Source of the DNA: an uncultured Verrucomicrobiota bacterium | GTDB lineage: Bacteria > Verrucomicrobiota > Verrucomicrobiia > Limisphaerales > UBA9464 | Direction of reading: 5' to 3' | Assembly: GCA_903922605.1 (NCBI GenBank) | Contig: CAIXUG010000086.1 | Coordinates: 3,384 to 67,383 of the forward strand | Length of the DNA: 64,000 nt | Shown here: positions 19,559 to 27,298 of the stretch, in pieces | Layout: every line of letters begins with the position of its first letter | Position numbering within the stretch: the first letter of the stretch is position 1 | Notes under the pieces: model-generated | Told to the model about the DNA's origin: nothing | Seen by the model: only the letters and a program-made list of their open reading frames with translations | Database searches by the model: none | Made by a program: the position numbers and the translations under genes

Positions 19559-20392
19559 TTAGCGGTTCTCGCCGCGGAAAGGGTCGCATAGCAAGCCCGT
19601 CAGCTTTTGCTGACCGGGGGCATCCTTCCCGTCCAGCCCCAGTCGAATGTTTTCCAAGTCGGCGCGACAGCACCGGCTTCGGAAAAGCGTGTCCCACACT
19701 GAGGACAGCGAGGCATAGTTCGAGTCCGTCTCGGATCGTGTCCGCGAGTGGTGAACCTTGTGCATTCCCGGGGTGACCACCGCGAGCCGGAGCACTCGCT
19801 CCAGCGCCGCCGGCAGGCTGATGTTCGCGTGCTGCCACTGTACGACAATCTGGAGCAGCGTCTCGTAAAGCACCAGTTCGCCGAAATGAATCCCCAGGAG
19901 CGGGAGCAGTGGCAGGCGTAGCACCGATGACAGGATGATCTCGCCCAGGTGAAAGCGGTTTCCCGTCGTCACATCCATCTGTGCGTCGGAATGGTGCACG
20001 CGATGGAAGCGCCACAGCAGCGGTACGGCATGGCAAATCCGGTGCCACCAATAGGTCCAGAGATCCAGCAGCAGGAGCGCGAGCAAGGCATGCGCCCAGG
20101 CGGGCAGTTCCCCGAGGTTCAGCAGGCCGAAATGATGAACTGTTGCCGTGTCGGCAACCCACTTCCAGGCAACGACGAAGATCAGTACCGTGACCAGCCC
20201 ATTGGCCAGCCCCAGAGCGATGTTGCGCAGGGCATGCCGCCCGCGCTCGCGCCAGCTTTGGAACAGCGGGAAAAACGGCGCGACCGTTTCCCAAGCCAGC
20301 AGCACGACCAGCCAGCCCAAACTCGCGAAGCCGCGCCAGCGCGTCAGCTCCGCCGCTCCGGTCACTTCGCCTCCTCCCATTTTTCGGGCCAC
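19559..20392 (-). CDS. Fatty acid hydroxylase / sterol desaturase superfamily membrane protein
   Basis: Histidine boxes HRICHAV, HRVHHSD, HKVHHS. Multiple TM segments. Confidence 0.8.
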   Translation of the reverse strand: MARKMGGGEVTGAAELTRWRGFASLGWLVVLLAWETVAPFFPLFQSWRERGRHALRNIALGLANGLVTVLIFVVAWKWVADTATVHHFGLLNLGELPAWAHALLALLLLDLWTYWWHRICHAVPLLWRFHRVHHSDAQMDVTTGNRFHLGEIILSSVLRLPLLPLLGIHFGELVLYETLLQIVVQWQHANISLPAALERVLRLAVVTPGMHKVHHSRTRSETDSNYASLSSVWDTLFRSRCCRADLENIRLGLDGKDAPGQQKLTGLLCDPFRGENR

Positions 20393-20916
20393 AGCTCCGG
20401 CTTCAGCAGCTTGCCGAACGTATTATTGTACGGATGCACCAGTTTGGTCGGTTTGCCGCCCGCAAAGACCGGCCGTCCCTCGTTTGCCCACTGGAAGATC
20501 GAGCCCTCGAGATTCACCACGTTGGTAAAGCCCTCCTTCATCATTTTCGTGGCATACTCGCTCGAGCGGTAGCCGACCGAGCAATAAACGACCACGGGAC
20601 GATTCGTGGGGATCTTGTTCAGCATCGCCGTGACCGGTCCGTCCGTATCAACCTGCCACGCACCGCGCAGATGGCTGACCCTGAACTCCGGAACCGTGCG
20701 CACGTCCAGCAGCATGGGCTGGACACGGTTGGTATCGGCCAGCCATTGGCTGAGGTTGGTCGTGGAAAGCTGCGGTACTGTCGGAAAAACCGTGCGGACG
20801 AGCTGCTTCATGTGAACCAGCCCCTCCTCGGCGTTTTCCGCGGCGCGTGCGGTGAGCACGCTTTTCAGAACCATCAGGGCGCTGGTGGCCACAATCCAGT
20901 AACGTCGGAGTTTCAT
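20362..20916 (-). CDS. Exported rhodanese-domain protein
   Basis: Signal peptide. Rhodanese active-site loop VVVYCSVGYRSSE. Confidence 0.8.
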   Translation of the reverse strand: MKLRRYWIVATSALMVLKSVLTARAAENAEEGLVHMKQLVRTVFPTVPQLSTTNLSQWLADTNRVQPMLLDVRTVPEFRVSHLRGAWQVDTDGPVTAMLNKIPTNRPVVVYCSVGYRSSEYATKMMKEGFTNVVNLEGSIFQWANEGRPVFAGGKPTKLVHPYNNTFGKLLKPELWPEKWEEAK

Positions 20917-20999
20917 CGGTGAGGACAGAGTATCATGCCTTTGGCCGACGACAACCTCGCTCCTTGCCGCCCGGCCGGCCGGCCAACCACACTGGGCGT

Positions 21000-22160
21000 G
21001 TGAACTCCCTCCGCCTTGGGCTGATCGGCATGGGCAACATCGGACGCCATCACGCGGGCTACCTGCTGGAAGGCAAGGTCTCGCGCTGCGAACTGCGGGC
21101 CGTCTGCTCGACCTCGCCGGACAAGCTGGCCCTGTACCGTGATCGCGGTCTGGCCGTCTTCGGCGACGCGGGTGAGCTCATCCGCTCGGGGACGGTGGAT
21201 GCCGTGCTCATTGCCACGCCGCATTACCAGCACACCACGCAGGGCATAGCAGCGCTCGAGGCGGGCTTGCATGTGATGGTTGAGAAGCCGATTTCCGCCC
21301 ACAAGGCCGACGCGGAGCGGTTGCTGGCCTGCGCTGCCGCCCGGCCCAAACAGGTGCTGGCGGGAATGTTCCAGCTGCGCGTCGAGCCGCGTTACGCCCG
21401 CCTGCGGGAGCTGATCACCTCGGGGCAGCTGGGGCGGCTCCAGCGCGTCAGCTGGCTCATTACCGACTGGTTCCGCACCGATGCCTACTACGCGAGCGGC
21501 GGCTGGCGCGCGACGTGGCGCGGCGAAGGCGGTGGGGTGCTGCTCAATCAGTGCCTGCACAACCTCGACGTGCTCGCCTGGCTGCTGGGGATGCCGGCCA
21601 GAGTCCGTGGTTTCGCCCAGCTCGGCCGCTGGCACAACATCGAGGTCGAGGACCAGGTGACCGCCTACCTCGAATGGGCCGACGGGCTCAACGGCGTCTT
21701 CATCACCAGCACCGGCGAAGCGCCGGGCACCAACCGCCTCGAACTGGCCGGCAGCCGCGGCAAGGCCGTGCTGGAAAACAACCGCATCACCTTCACCCAA
21801 AACGAGGCCGACGCGCTGGAATGGAGCCGCACGGCGACGGTGGGTTTCAGCAAGCCCGCCACCACCGAACGTGACGTGCCGTTTGAGAATCATCCGGCGC
21901 CGCACGCCGCGATCATGGAGAATTTCACCGCCGCCATCCTCGACGGCGCCCCGCTCATCGCGCCCGGCGCGGAAGGGATGCATTCGGTCGAACTGGCCAA
22001 CTCCATGGTGTACTCGTCCCTGCTGGGGCTGCCCGTGGAACTGCCCCTCGATGGCGCCGCGTGGGAGCGGGAACTTCAGCGGCTCATCGGCGCGTCCAAA
22101 TTCCAGAAGGAAGTCCGCGAAATGACGACGGATGATTTTGCGCAGTCGTTTCGGCGGTGA
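21000..22160 (+). CDS. Gfo/Idh/MocA-family oxidoreductase
   Basis: Rossmann start LRLGLIGMGNIGRHHAGY and EKP box (HVMVEKPIS). GTG 21000 preferred over track start 20919, which would abut the divergent rhodanese start. Confidence 0.85.
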   Translation: MNSLRLGLIGMGNIGRHHAGYLLEGKVSRCELRAVCSTSPDKLALYRDRGLAVFGDAGELIRSGTVDAVLIATPHYQHTTQGIAALEAGLHVMVEKPISAHKADAERLLACAAARPKQVLAGMFQLRVEPRYARLRELITSGQLGRLQRVSWLITDWFRTDAYYASGGWRATWRGEGGGVLLNQCLHNLDVLAWLLGMPARVRGFAQLGRWHNIEVEDQVTAYLEWADGLNGVFITSTGEAPGTNRLELAGSRGKAVLENNRITFTQNEADALEWSRTATVGFSKPATTERDVPFENHPAPHAAIMENFTAAILDGAPLIAPGAEGMHSVELANSMVYSSLLGLPVELPLDGAAWERELQRLIGASKFQKEVREMTTDDFAQSFRR

Positions 22161-22184
22161 AGCACCGCCGCTGGCAAGCCTCCC

Positions 22185-22814
22185 TCATGCGGCCTTCGCG
22201 GTGCGGATAAACGCAATGATCTTTGACACGTCCTTGTTTCCGGGCGTGATCTCCACGCCGCTCGACACATCCACTGCATAGGGCCGCACCGTCCGCACCG
22301 CCTCGACGATGTTCACGGGCGTGAGGCCGCCCGCGAGAATGATCGGCCTGCCGCCGATCTTTGCCGAAACGGCATGTTCCCAGTCAAAGCGAGCCCCGGT
22401 CCCACCGGGCATTCCGGGTACGTAGGCGTCCAGCAGCAGGGCATCGGCTGCGTCGGCAAAGGCGGGCAATTGTGCCAGGGTTTCCGGGCCACGTACACGG
22501 AAGGCCTTGATGACCTTCACTGCCCCCAGGAACTGGCGGGCGAACTCCGGGGTCTCCTCGCCGTGCAACTGGATCGTATCCACGGCGGATCGGGCGATCG
22601 TCTCCGCAACCGTGCGGGTATCGGCATCCACAAAGAGGCCGACCTTCGCGACGAACGGCGGCAGTTCACGGATGATGGTAGCGGCCTGCTCCGGCGTGAC
22701 GTAACGGGGCGTGCCCGGCACGAAGACGAATCCCAGCGCATCCGCACCCGCCGCCAAGGCGGCCTGCGCGTCGGCGAGATTGGTGATACCGCAGATTTTG
22801 ACCCGGACAGACAT
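22185..22814 (-). CDS. trpF: Phosphoribosylanthranilate isomerase
   Basis: 209-aa product from ATG 22814 (MSVRVKICGITNLADAQAA...ILAGGLTP...DVSSGVE). The 572-aa track ORF is an unsupported upstream extension. Confidence 0.9.
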   Translation of the reverse strand: MSVRVKICGITNLADAQAALAAGADALGFVFVPGTPRYVTPEQAATIIRELPPFVAKVGLFVDADTRTVAETIARSAVDTIQLHGEETPEFARQFLGAVKVIKAFRVRGPETLAQLPAFADAADALLLDAYVPGMPGGTGARFDWEHAVSAKIGGRPIILAGGLTPVNIVEAVRTVRPYAVDVSSGVEITPGNKDVSKIIAFIRTAKAA

Positions 22815-22922
22815 CGCGGCGCCAGAGTCCGGCGAGTCGGCCCAGGGGGCAAATGTTTCCTCATCGACCACCACCGGCGTTGCAACGGGCGCGCCCGTTC
22901 CGGCAGTCTCGGGGCGTCCACC

Positions 22923-23876
22923 ATGAATGATCCCCTTTCCCGCCGCCGGCTGATTCTTGGCCTCGCCGCCTCGTTGTTCACCACAACGCTCTGCGCCGCC
23001 GACAAGCCCAAGGCCGTCATCGGTATTTCGGTGCTCACGCTGGCCAATCCCTTCTTCAAGGATCTGGCCGACTCCATGACCGCCGAGGCCAAGGCCCACG
23101 GCATGACCACCATTGTCACGAGCGGTGAGTTTGACGCCGCGAAACAGCAGAATCAGGTCGCCGACTTCATCGTGCGCAAGGTGGACGCCATTGTCCTCTG
23201 CCCCTGCGATTCCAAGGCCGTGGGCACCACGCTGGTCCAGGCAAACAAGGCGGGTATCCCGGTCTTCACCGCCGACATCGCCTCGCTTGCCAAGGAGGGC
23301 AAAGTGGTCGGCCACGTCGCCACGGACAATTTCGGCGGCGGCAAGCTCGCCGCCGTCGCGCTCATTGAGGCACTCGGGGGCAAGGGTAAGGTCGCCATCC
23401 TCGACCATCCGGAGGCGGAGTCGGTCATTCTCCGGACCAAGGGATTTAACGAGGAGCTGGCCCGCCAGAAGCGGGAAAAGGGCGTGAGCATCGAAGTCGT
23501 TGCCACTCTGCCCGGCGGCGCGGCCAAGGACCGGTCCATGAAGGCGACTGAGGACCTGTTGCAGGCCCATCCCGATCTGAATGGCATTTTCGCCATCAAT
23601 GATCCGAGCGCTCTCGGTGCCGTGGCTGCGTTGGAAAAGGCCGGCCGCTCGGGCCAGGTGAAGATCGTCGGCTTTGACGGAATGCCCGAGGGCAAGGCCG
23701 CCATCAAGGCGGGCAAGATTTATGCGGACCCGATCCAGTTTCCCGACCGCATTGGTCAAATCGCCATACAGAACATCGTGAAGTATCTGGCCGGCGACGA
23801 CGTCTCCAAAGAGACGCTGATTCCGACCCAGCTCTACCGGAAAGCCGACGCGGACAAGGATCCGACCCTCAAATAG
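22923..23876 (+). CDS. Sugar ABC transporter substrate-binding protein (RbsB/LacI-type periplasmic binding fold)
   Basis: From ATG 22923. Leader MNDPLSRRRLILGLAASLF. Body VIGISVLTLANPFFKDL...DAIVLCPCDSKA...GIPVFTADI...ATDNFGGG...GFDG is typical of the ribose/monosaccharide-binding family. Confidence 0.85.
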   Translation: MNDPLSRRRLILGLAASLFTTTLCAADKPKAVIGISVLTLANPFFKDLADSMTAEAKAHGMTTIVTSGEFDAAKQQNQVADFIVRKVDAIVLCPCDSKAVGTTLVQANKAGIPVFTADIASLAKEGKVVGHVATDNFGGGKLAAVALIEALGGKGKVAILDHPEAESVILRTKGFNEELARQKREKGVSIEVVATLPGGAAKDRSMKATEDLLQAHPDLNGIFAINDPSALGAVAALEKAGRSGQVKIVGFDGMPEGKAAIKAGKIYADPIQFPDRIGQIAIQNIVKYLAGDDVSKETLIPTQLYRKADADKDPTLK

Positions 23877-23912
23877 GCCAACCAACGCCGCAAAACCGCA
23901 CATTTAAGTCTG

Positions 23913-25904
23913 ATGAAATTTCCTCTCCTTTGCGCCTTTGCGTCTTTGTTGTTTCTCCCGACGGTCCTGGGCGGAGAACCGCAGATCATCGCGGACTTTG
24001 AAGGCACCGATTATGCCGGATGGACCACCACTGGCACGGCCTTCGGCGATGGGCCGGCGCATGGCAACCTGCCGGAGCAGTCACCGGTCGGCGGCTACCG
24101 GGGCAAGGGCTACGTCAATTCCTACCATGGCATGGACAAGGCCACCGGCACGCTCACTTCTCCCGAGTTCAAGCTGACGCAGCGCTACCTCAGCTTCCTC
24201 ATTGGCGGCGGCGAGGAGGTCGGCAAGACCTGCGTGAATGTGCTGGTGGACGACAAGGCCGTGCGTTCCGCGACCGGTCGCGAGGATGAGTTCCTCACCA
24301 CGGCGACCTTTGACCTCGCGGAGTTCGCCAGCAAATCGGCCCGTATCCAGATCGTGGATGCGGCCACCGGCGGTTGGGGCCACATCAATGCCGATCATTT
24401 CATCCTCACCGACACGGCACCGACGCCTCCCTACATCCAGAACCCGGTGCCTGCGCCGGAATACGAAGAGGCGCTGCGACCGCAGTTCCACTTCTCAGCG
24501 AAACAGGGCTGGCTCAACGACCCGAACGGCCTCGTTTTCTCGCAGGGTGAATTTCATCTGTTCTTTCAGCACAATCCCGAGGGGCGCGAGTGGGGCAACA
24601 TGACCTGGGGCCATGCCGTGAGCGACGATCTGCTTCACTGGCAACAGCTGGACCACGCGCTGTATCCCGACCGGCTGGGCACCATGTTCAGCGGCTCGGC
24701 GGTGGTGGATCACGAGAACACGTCCGGCTTCAAAACCGGCAGCGAGCCGCCGTTGGTCGCCATCTACACGGCAGCCGGCGGTACGAGCGAAGAATCCAAG
24801 GGACAGCTCTTCACCCAGTGCATCGCCTACTCGAACGACAAGGGCCGCACCTGGACCAAGTATTCCGGCAACCCGGTGCTGCACAACATTGGCGATGGCG
24901 ACCGTGACCCGAAAGTCTTCTGGTACGCGCCAACCAAGCACTGGGTAATGCCTCTTTATGTGGGCGAAAAGGACGCCAGCAAGCCGGGCAAGGATGGCAA
25001 GCCCTCGAACCGCAACGTCTGTCACTTTTACACATCTCCCGATCTGAAGAACTGGACGTTGGCCAGCAAGTTCTCCGAAGAGCTGTTTGAGTGCCCGGGC
25101 TTCGTGGAGCTGCCGGTGGACGGTGACCCCCAGAACACGCGCTGGGCCCTCTGGGGTGCGAGCGGCGAGTACTGGCTTGGCCGCTTTGACGGGCGTGAGT
25201 TCAAGGCGGAGACGTCGAAACTCCGTGGCGATTTTGGCGCCAATTCCTATGCCGCCCAGGTCTATGACGATCTGCCCGACAAGCGCGTCGTGTTCATCAC
25301 CTGGATGCAGGGCGGCAAATATCCCGGCATGCCCTTCAACCAGCAGATGGGCTTTCCCGTCGAACTGTCGTTGCAGACCACACCGGACGGCATCCGCCTC
25401 GTGAAATGGCCGGTGAAGGAAATCCACGACCTCTTCACCAGCTCGCTGCGTGAGGACCTTGCGCGTCCACTGCCGGCCGGCCGGCATGAGCTGAAGGCGG
25501 CCGCCGTCGAGCTGCTTGACCTGGAGCTGGAGTTCCTCCCCGGCACGGCCCAGACCGTCACGCTGGAACTGCGCGGCCAAAAACTCGTCTGGGACGCGAA
25601 GGCCGGAGAATTGACCGCCTTCGGCCGCAAGCTGCCGCTGAAGCCCGTGCCCAAGGCACTCGGACGCCACTCCGACTTCGGCAAGCCCTGGGGACCGGAC
25701 TTCGAGCTGTGGAACGACAGTGTGCGCCTGCGCGTGCTGCTGGATCGATCCTCCATCGAGGTGTTTGGCAATGGCGGCCTGGCGATGGCGTCCTTTTGCT
25801 TTATCCCGCGCGAAGCTCCTTTCGCCGCCCTCGTGGTCGAAGGCGGCGAACTGCCCAAGGCACGCTTCACTGCGCGTAGTCTCAAATCCGCCTGGCGTCC
25901 GTAA
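23913..25904 (+). CDS. Glycoside hydrolase family 32 (beta-fructofuranosidase/levanase-type) with ~170-aa N-terminal extra domain
   Basis: GH32 boxes QFHFSAKQGWLNDPNGLVF (nucleophile Asp), FSGSAVVD, RDPKVFW, FECPGF (acid/base Glu). Signal peptide. Confidence 0.9.
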   Translation: MKFPLLCAFASLLFLPTVLGGEPQIIADFEGTDYAGWTTTGTAFGDGPAHGNLPEQSPVGGYRGKGYVNSYHGMDKATGTLTSPEFKLTQRYLSFLIGGGEEVGKTCVNVLVDDKAVRSATGREDEFLTTATFDLAEFASKSARIQIVDAATGGWGHINADHFILTDTAPTPPYIQNPVPAPEYEEALRPQFHFSAKQGWLNDPNGLVFSQGEFHLFFQHNPEGREWGNMTWGHAVSDDLLHWQQLDHALYPDRLGTMFSGSAVVDHENTSGFKTGSEPPLVAIYTAAGGTSEESKGQLFTQCIAYSNDKGRTWTKYSGNPVLHNIGDGDRDPKVFWYAPTKHWVMPLYVGEKDASKPGKDGKPSNRNVCHFYTSPDLKNWTLASKFSEELFECPGFVELPVDGDPQNTRWALWGASGEYWLGRFDGREFKAETSKLRGDFGANSYAAQVYDDLPDKRVVFITWMQGGKYPGMPFNQQMGFPVELSLQTTPDGIRLVKWPVKEIHDLFTSSLREDLARPLPAGRHELKAAAVELLDLELEFLPGTAQTVTLELRGQKLVWDAKAGELTAFGRKLPLKPVPKALGRHSDFGKPWGPDFELWNDSVRLRVLLDRSSIEVFGNGGLAMASFCFIPREAPFAALVVEGGELPKARFTARSLKSAWRP

Positions 25905-25908
25905 CCAC

Positions 25909-27255
25909 ATGACCAACGCGCGGCAACGGCTGGCCACGGCGCTCCGCCACTATGGGATGGCCGGCGTGCTCGTGCTGTTGTGCGCGTTCTTCTCGGCGGT
26001 GACGGTGCGTGAGGAAATCCCCGGCGGCGAAGAGGCTGGCAAGCGTCTTGTCGAGACGGATCTCTCAACCCTGGACGGCCCTGCCCGTTTCTTGGTCTTT
26101 GCACCCGACTCTGACGATGGCAGGGCCTTCGCTGCCCCCATTGAACATGCGTTTCGCAAAAAGAACCAACCCACCATCATCTTTGTGACCACCCCGCGTG
26201 ACGTTCGCGTGGCTCTCAAAAAGTTGGCTGCAAACGGTGAGAAGTTCGATCAGGTGGTCGCGGCGCCGGAATGCGCCAACTGGACGGTCTTTGACAAGTT
26301 GACCGAGGATCTTCCCGGGCTGGCCTCAGCAAAGCTCGTCCAGAACCACGGTACGCGCTGGCCCATCTTTCTCACGCGGCAGAACCTGCTCAACGTCGCC
26401 AATCAGATCGTCGTGGTGGCCATCCTTTCGGCGGGACTCACCTTCGTCATCCTGACCGGAGGCATTGACCTGAGCGTCGGGAGCCTCATCGCCCTCGCTG
26501 CGGTGGTCTCGACACGATTGGTGCGGGATCGTCTTGGTGGCACAGAAGCAAGCAATGGGGCATTGTTGCTGGCAGCCTTGGCCGGGCTGGCCCTGTGTGC
26601 GCTTATCGGCCTGGCCTCGGGCGCGGCGGTGGTGCGATTTCAGCTGCCTTCCTTCATCGCCACCCTCGCGGTCATGCAGGCGGCGAGCGGGCTCGCGTTC
26701 ATCCTTTCCCAGGGCCAGTCCATCTACGAAGTGCCCGAAAGCTCGGCCTGGCTGGGACGCGGCACGGGGCTGTTCGGCCTCCCCCATGCGGTCGTGCTCA
26801 TGCTGTTGGTCTTCGCCGCCGCCCATATCCTGCTGACCCGTACCGTGCTGGGACGATATCTCTACGCGGTCGGCGGCAACGAGCAGGCGTCGCGGCTGTC
26901 CGGCGTGCCCGTCGGACGCGTGAAGCTTTTCGCCTACTCCGCGTGCGCCGCGCTGGCCGGTCTGGGTGGAATCGAGATGGCGTCGCAGCTCAAGAGCGGT
27001 GCCCCCACGTACGGCACCAGCTACGAGCTTTATGCCATCGCCGCCGTCGTCGTGGGCGGCACCAGCCTGACCGGTGGCCAGGGCAACGTGCTCGGCACGC
27101 TGGTCGGGGCGCTGATCATTGCCGTGATCAACAACGGCATGAACCTGACCGGCGTGGAAAGCTACACGCAGAAGGTCGTCCTCGGCTTGGTCATCCTGGC
27201 TGCGGTGCTGCTCGACCGTCTGAAGGGCCGCCTCGGTCCCAGCGCGAGACATTGA
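25909..27255 (+). CDS. Sugar ABC transporter permease (RbsC/AraH-type) with ~120-aa insertion after TM1
   Basis: From ATG 25909. Core ILTGGIDLSVGSLIAL...LGRYLYAVGGNEQASRLSGV...VVVGGTSLTGGQGNVLGTLVGALII matches the ribose-type permease family. Confidence 0.85.
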   Translation: MTNARQRLATALRHYGMAGVLVLLCAFFSAVTVREEIPGGEEAGKRLVETDLSTLDGPARFLVFAPDSDDGRAFAAPIEHAFRKKNQPTIIFVTTPRDVRVALKKLAANGEKFDQVVAAPECANWTVFDKLTEDLPGLASAKLVQNHGTRWPIFLTRQNLLNVANQIVVVAILSAGLTFVILTGGIDLSVGSLIALAAVVSTRLVRDRLGGTEASNGALLLAALAGLALCALIGLASGAAVVRFQLPSFIATLAVMQAASGLAFILSQGQSIYEVPESSAWLGRGTGLFGLPHAVVLMLLVFAAAHILLTRTVLGRYLYAVGGNEQASRLSGVPVGRVKLFAYSACAALAGLGGIEMASQLKSGAPTYGTSYELYAIAAVVVGGTSLTGGQGNVLGTLVGALIIAVINNGMNLTGVESYTQKVVLGLVILAAVLLDRLKGRLGPSARH

Positions 27256-27298
27256 ACTTTCGCGTGCCAACGGCGGCGCGTGCTCGCAAACTTCCCTC

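Noticed and set aside
20362-20392. 31-nt overlap between the rhodanese gene's 3' end and the hydroxylase gene's 5' end, considered as a possible frameshift or pseudogene
   Set aside because: Both products are full length with intact motifs. The hydroxylase may start at the second ATG (20380), and short overlaps are common in this window.
22185-23903. 572-aa minus-strand ORF and 500-aa plus-strand ORF (22374-23876) that overlap each other over ~1.5 kb
   Set aside because: Only the 3' 209 codons of the minus ORF look like TrpF, and only the 3' 317 codons of the plus ORF look like a binding protein. Both were trimmed to internal ATGs (22814 and 22923). This yields a normal 108-nt divergent intergenic region.
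25720-25908. N-terminal extension of the permease ORF overlapping the end of GH32. Similar extensions exist at 29552-29731, 39834-39956, 41071-41331, 44120-44164, 56501-56635 and 50359-50742.
   Set aside because: The extensions overlap upstream genes or lack protein-like composition. Internal ATG codons give proper leaders: TAT motifs, signal peptides, or the sigma region 2 start.
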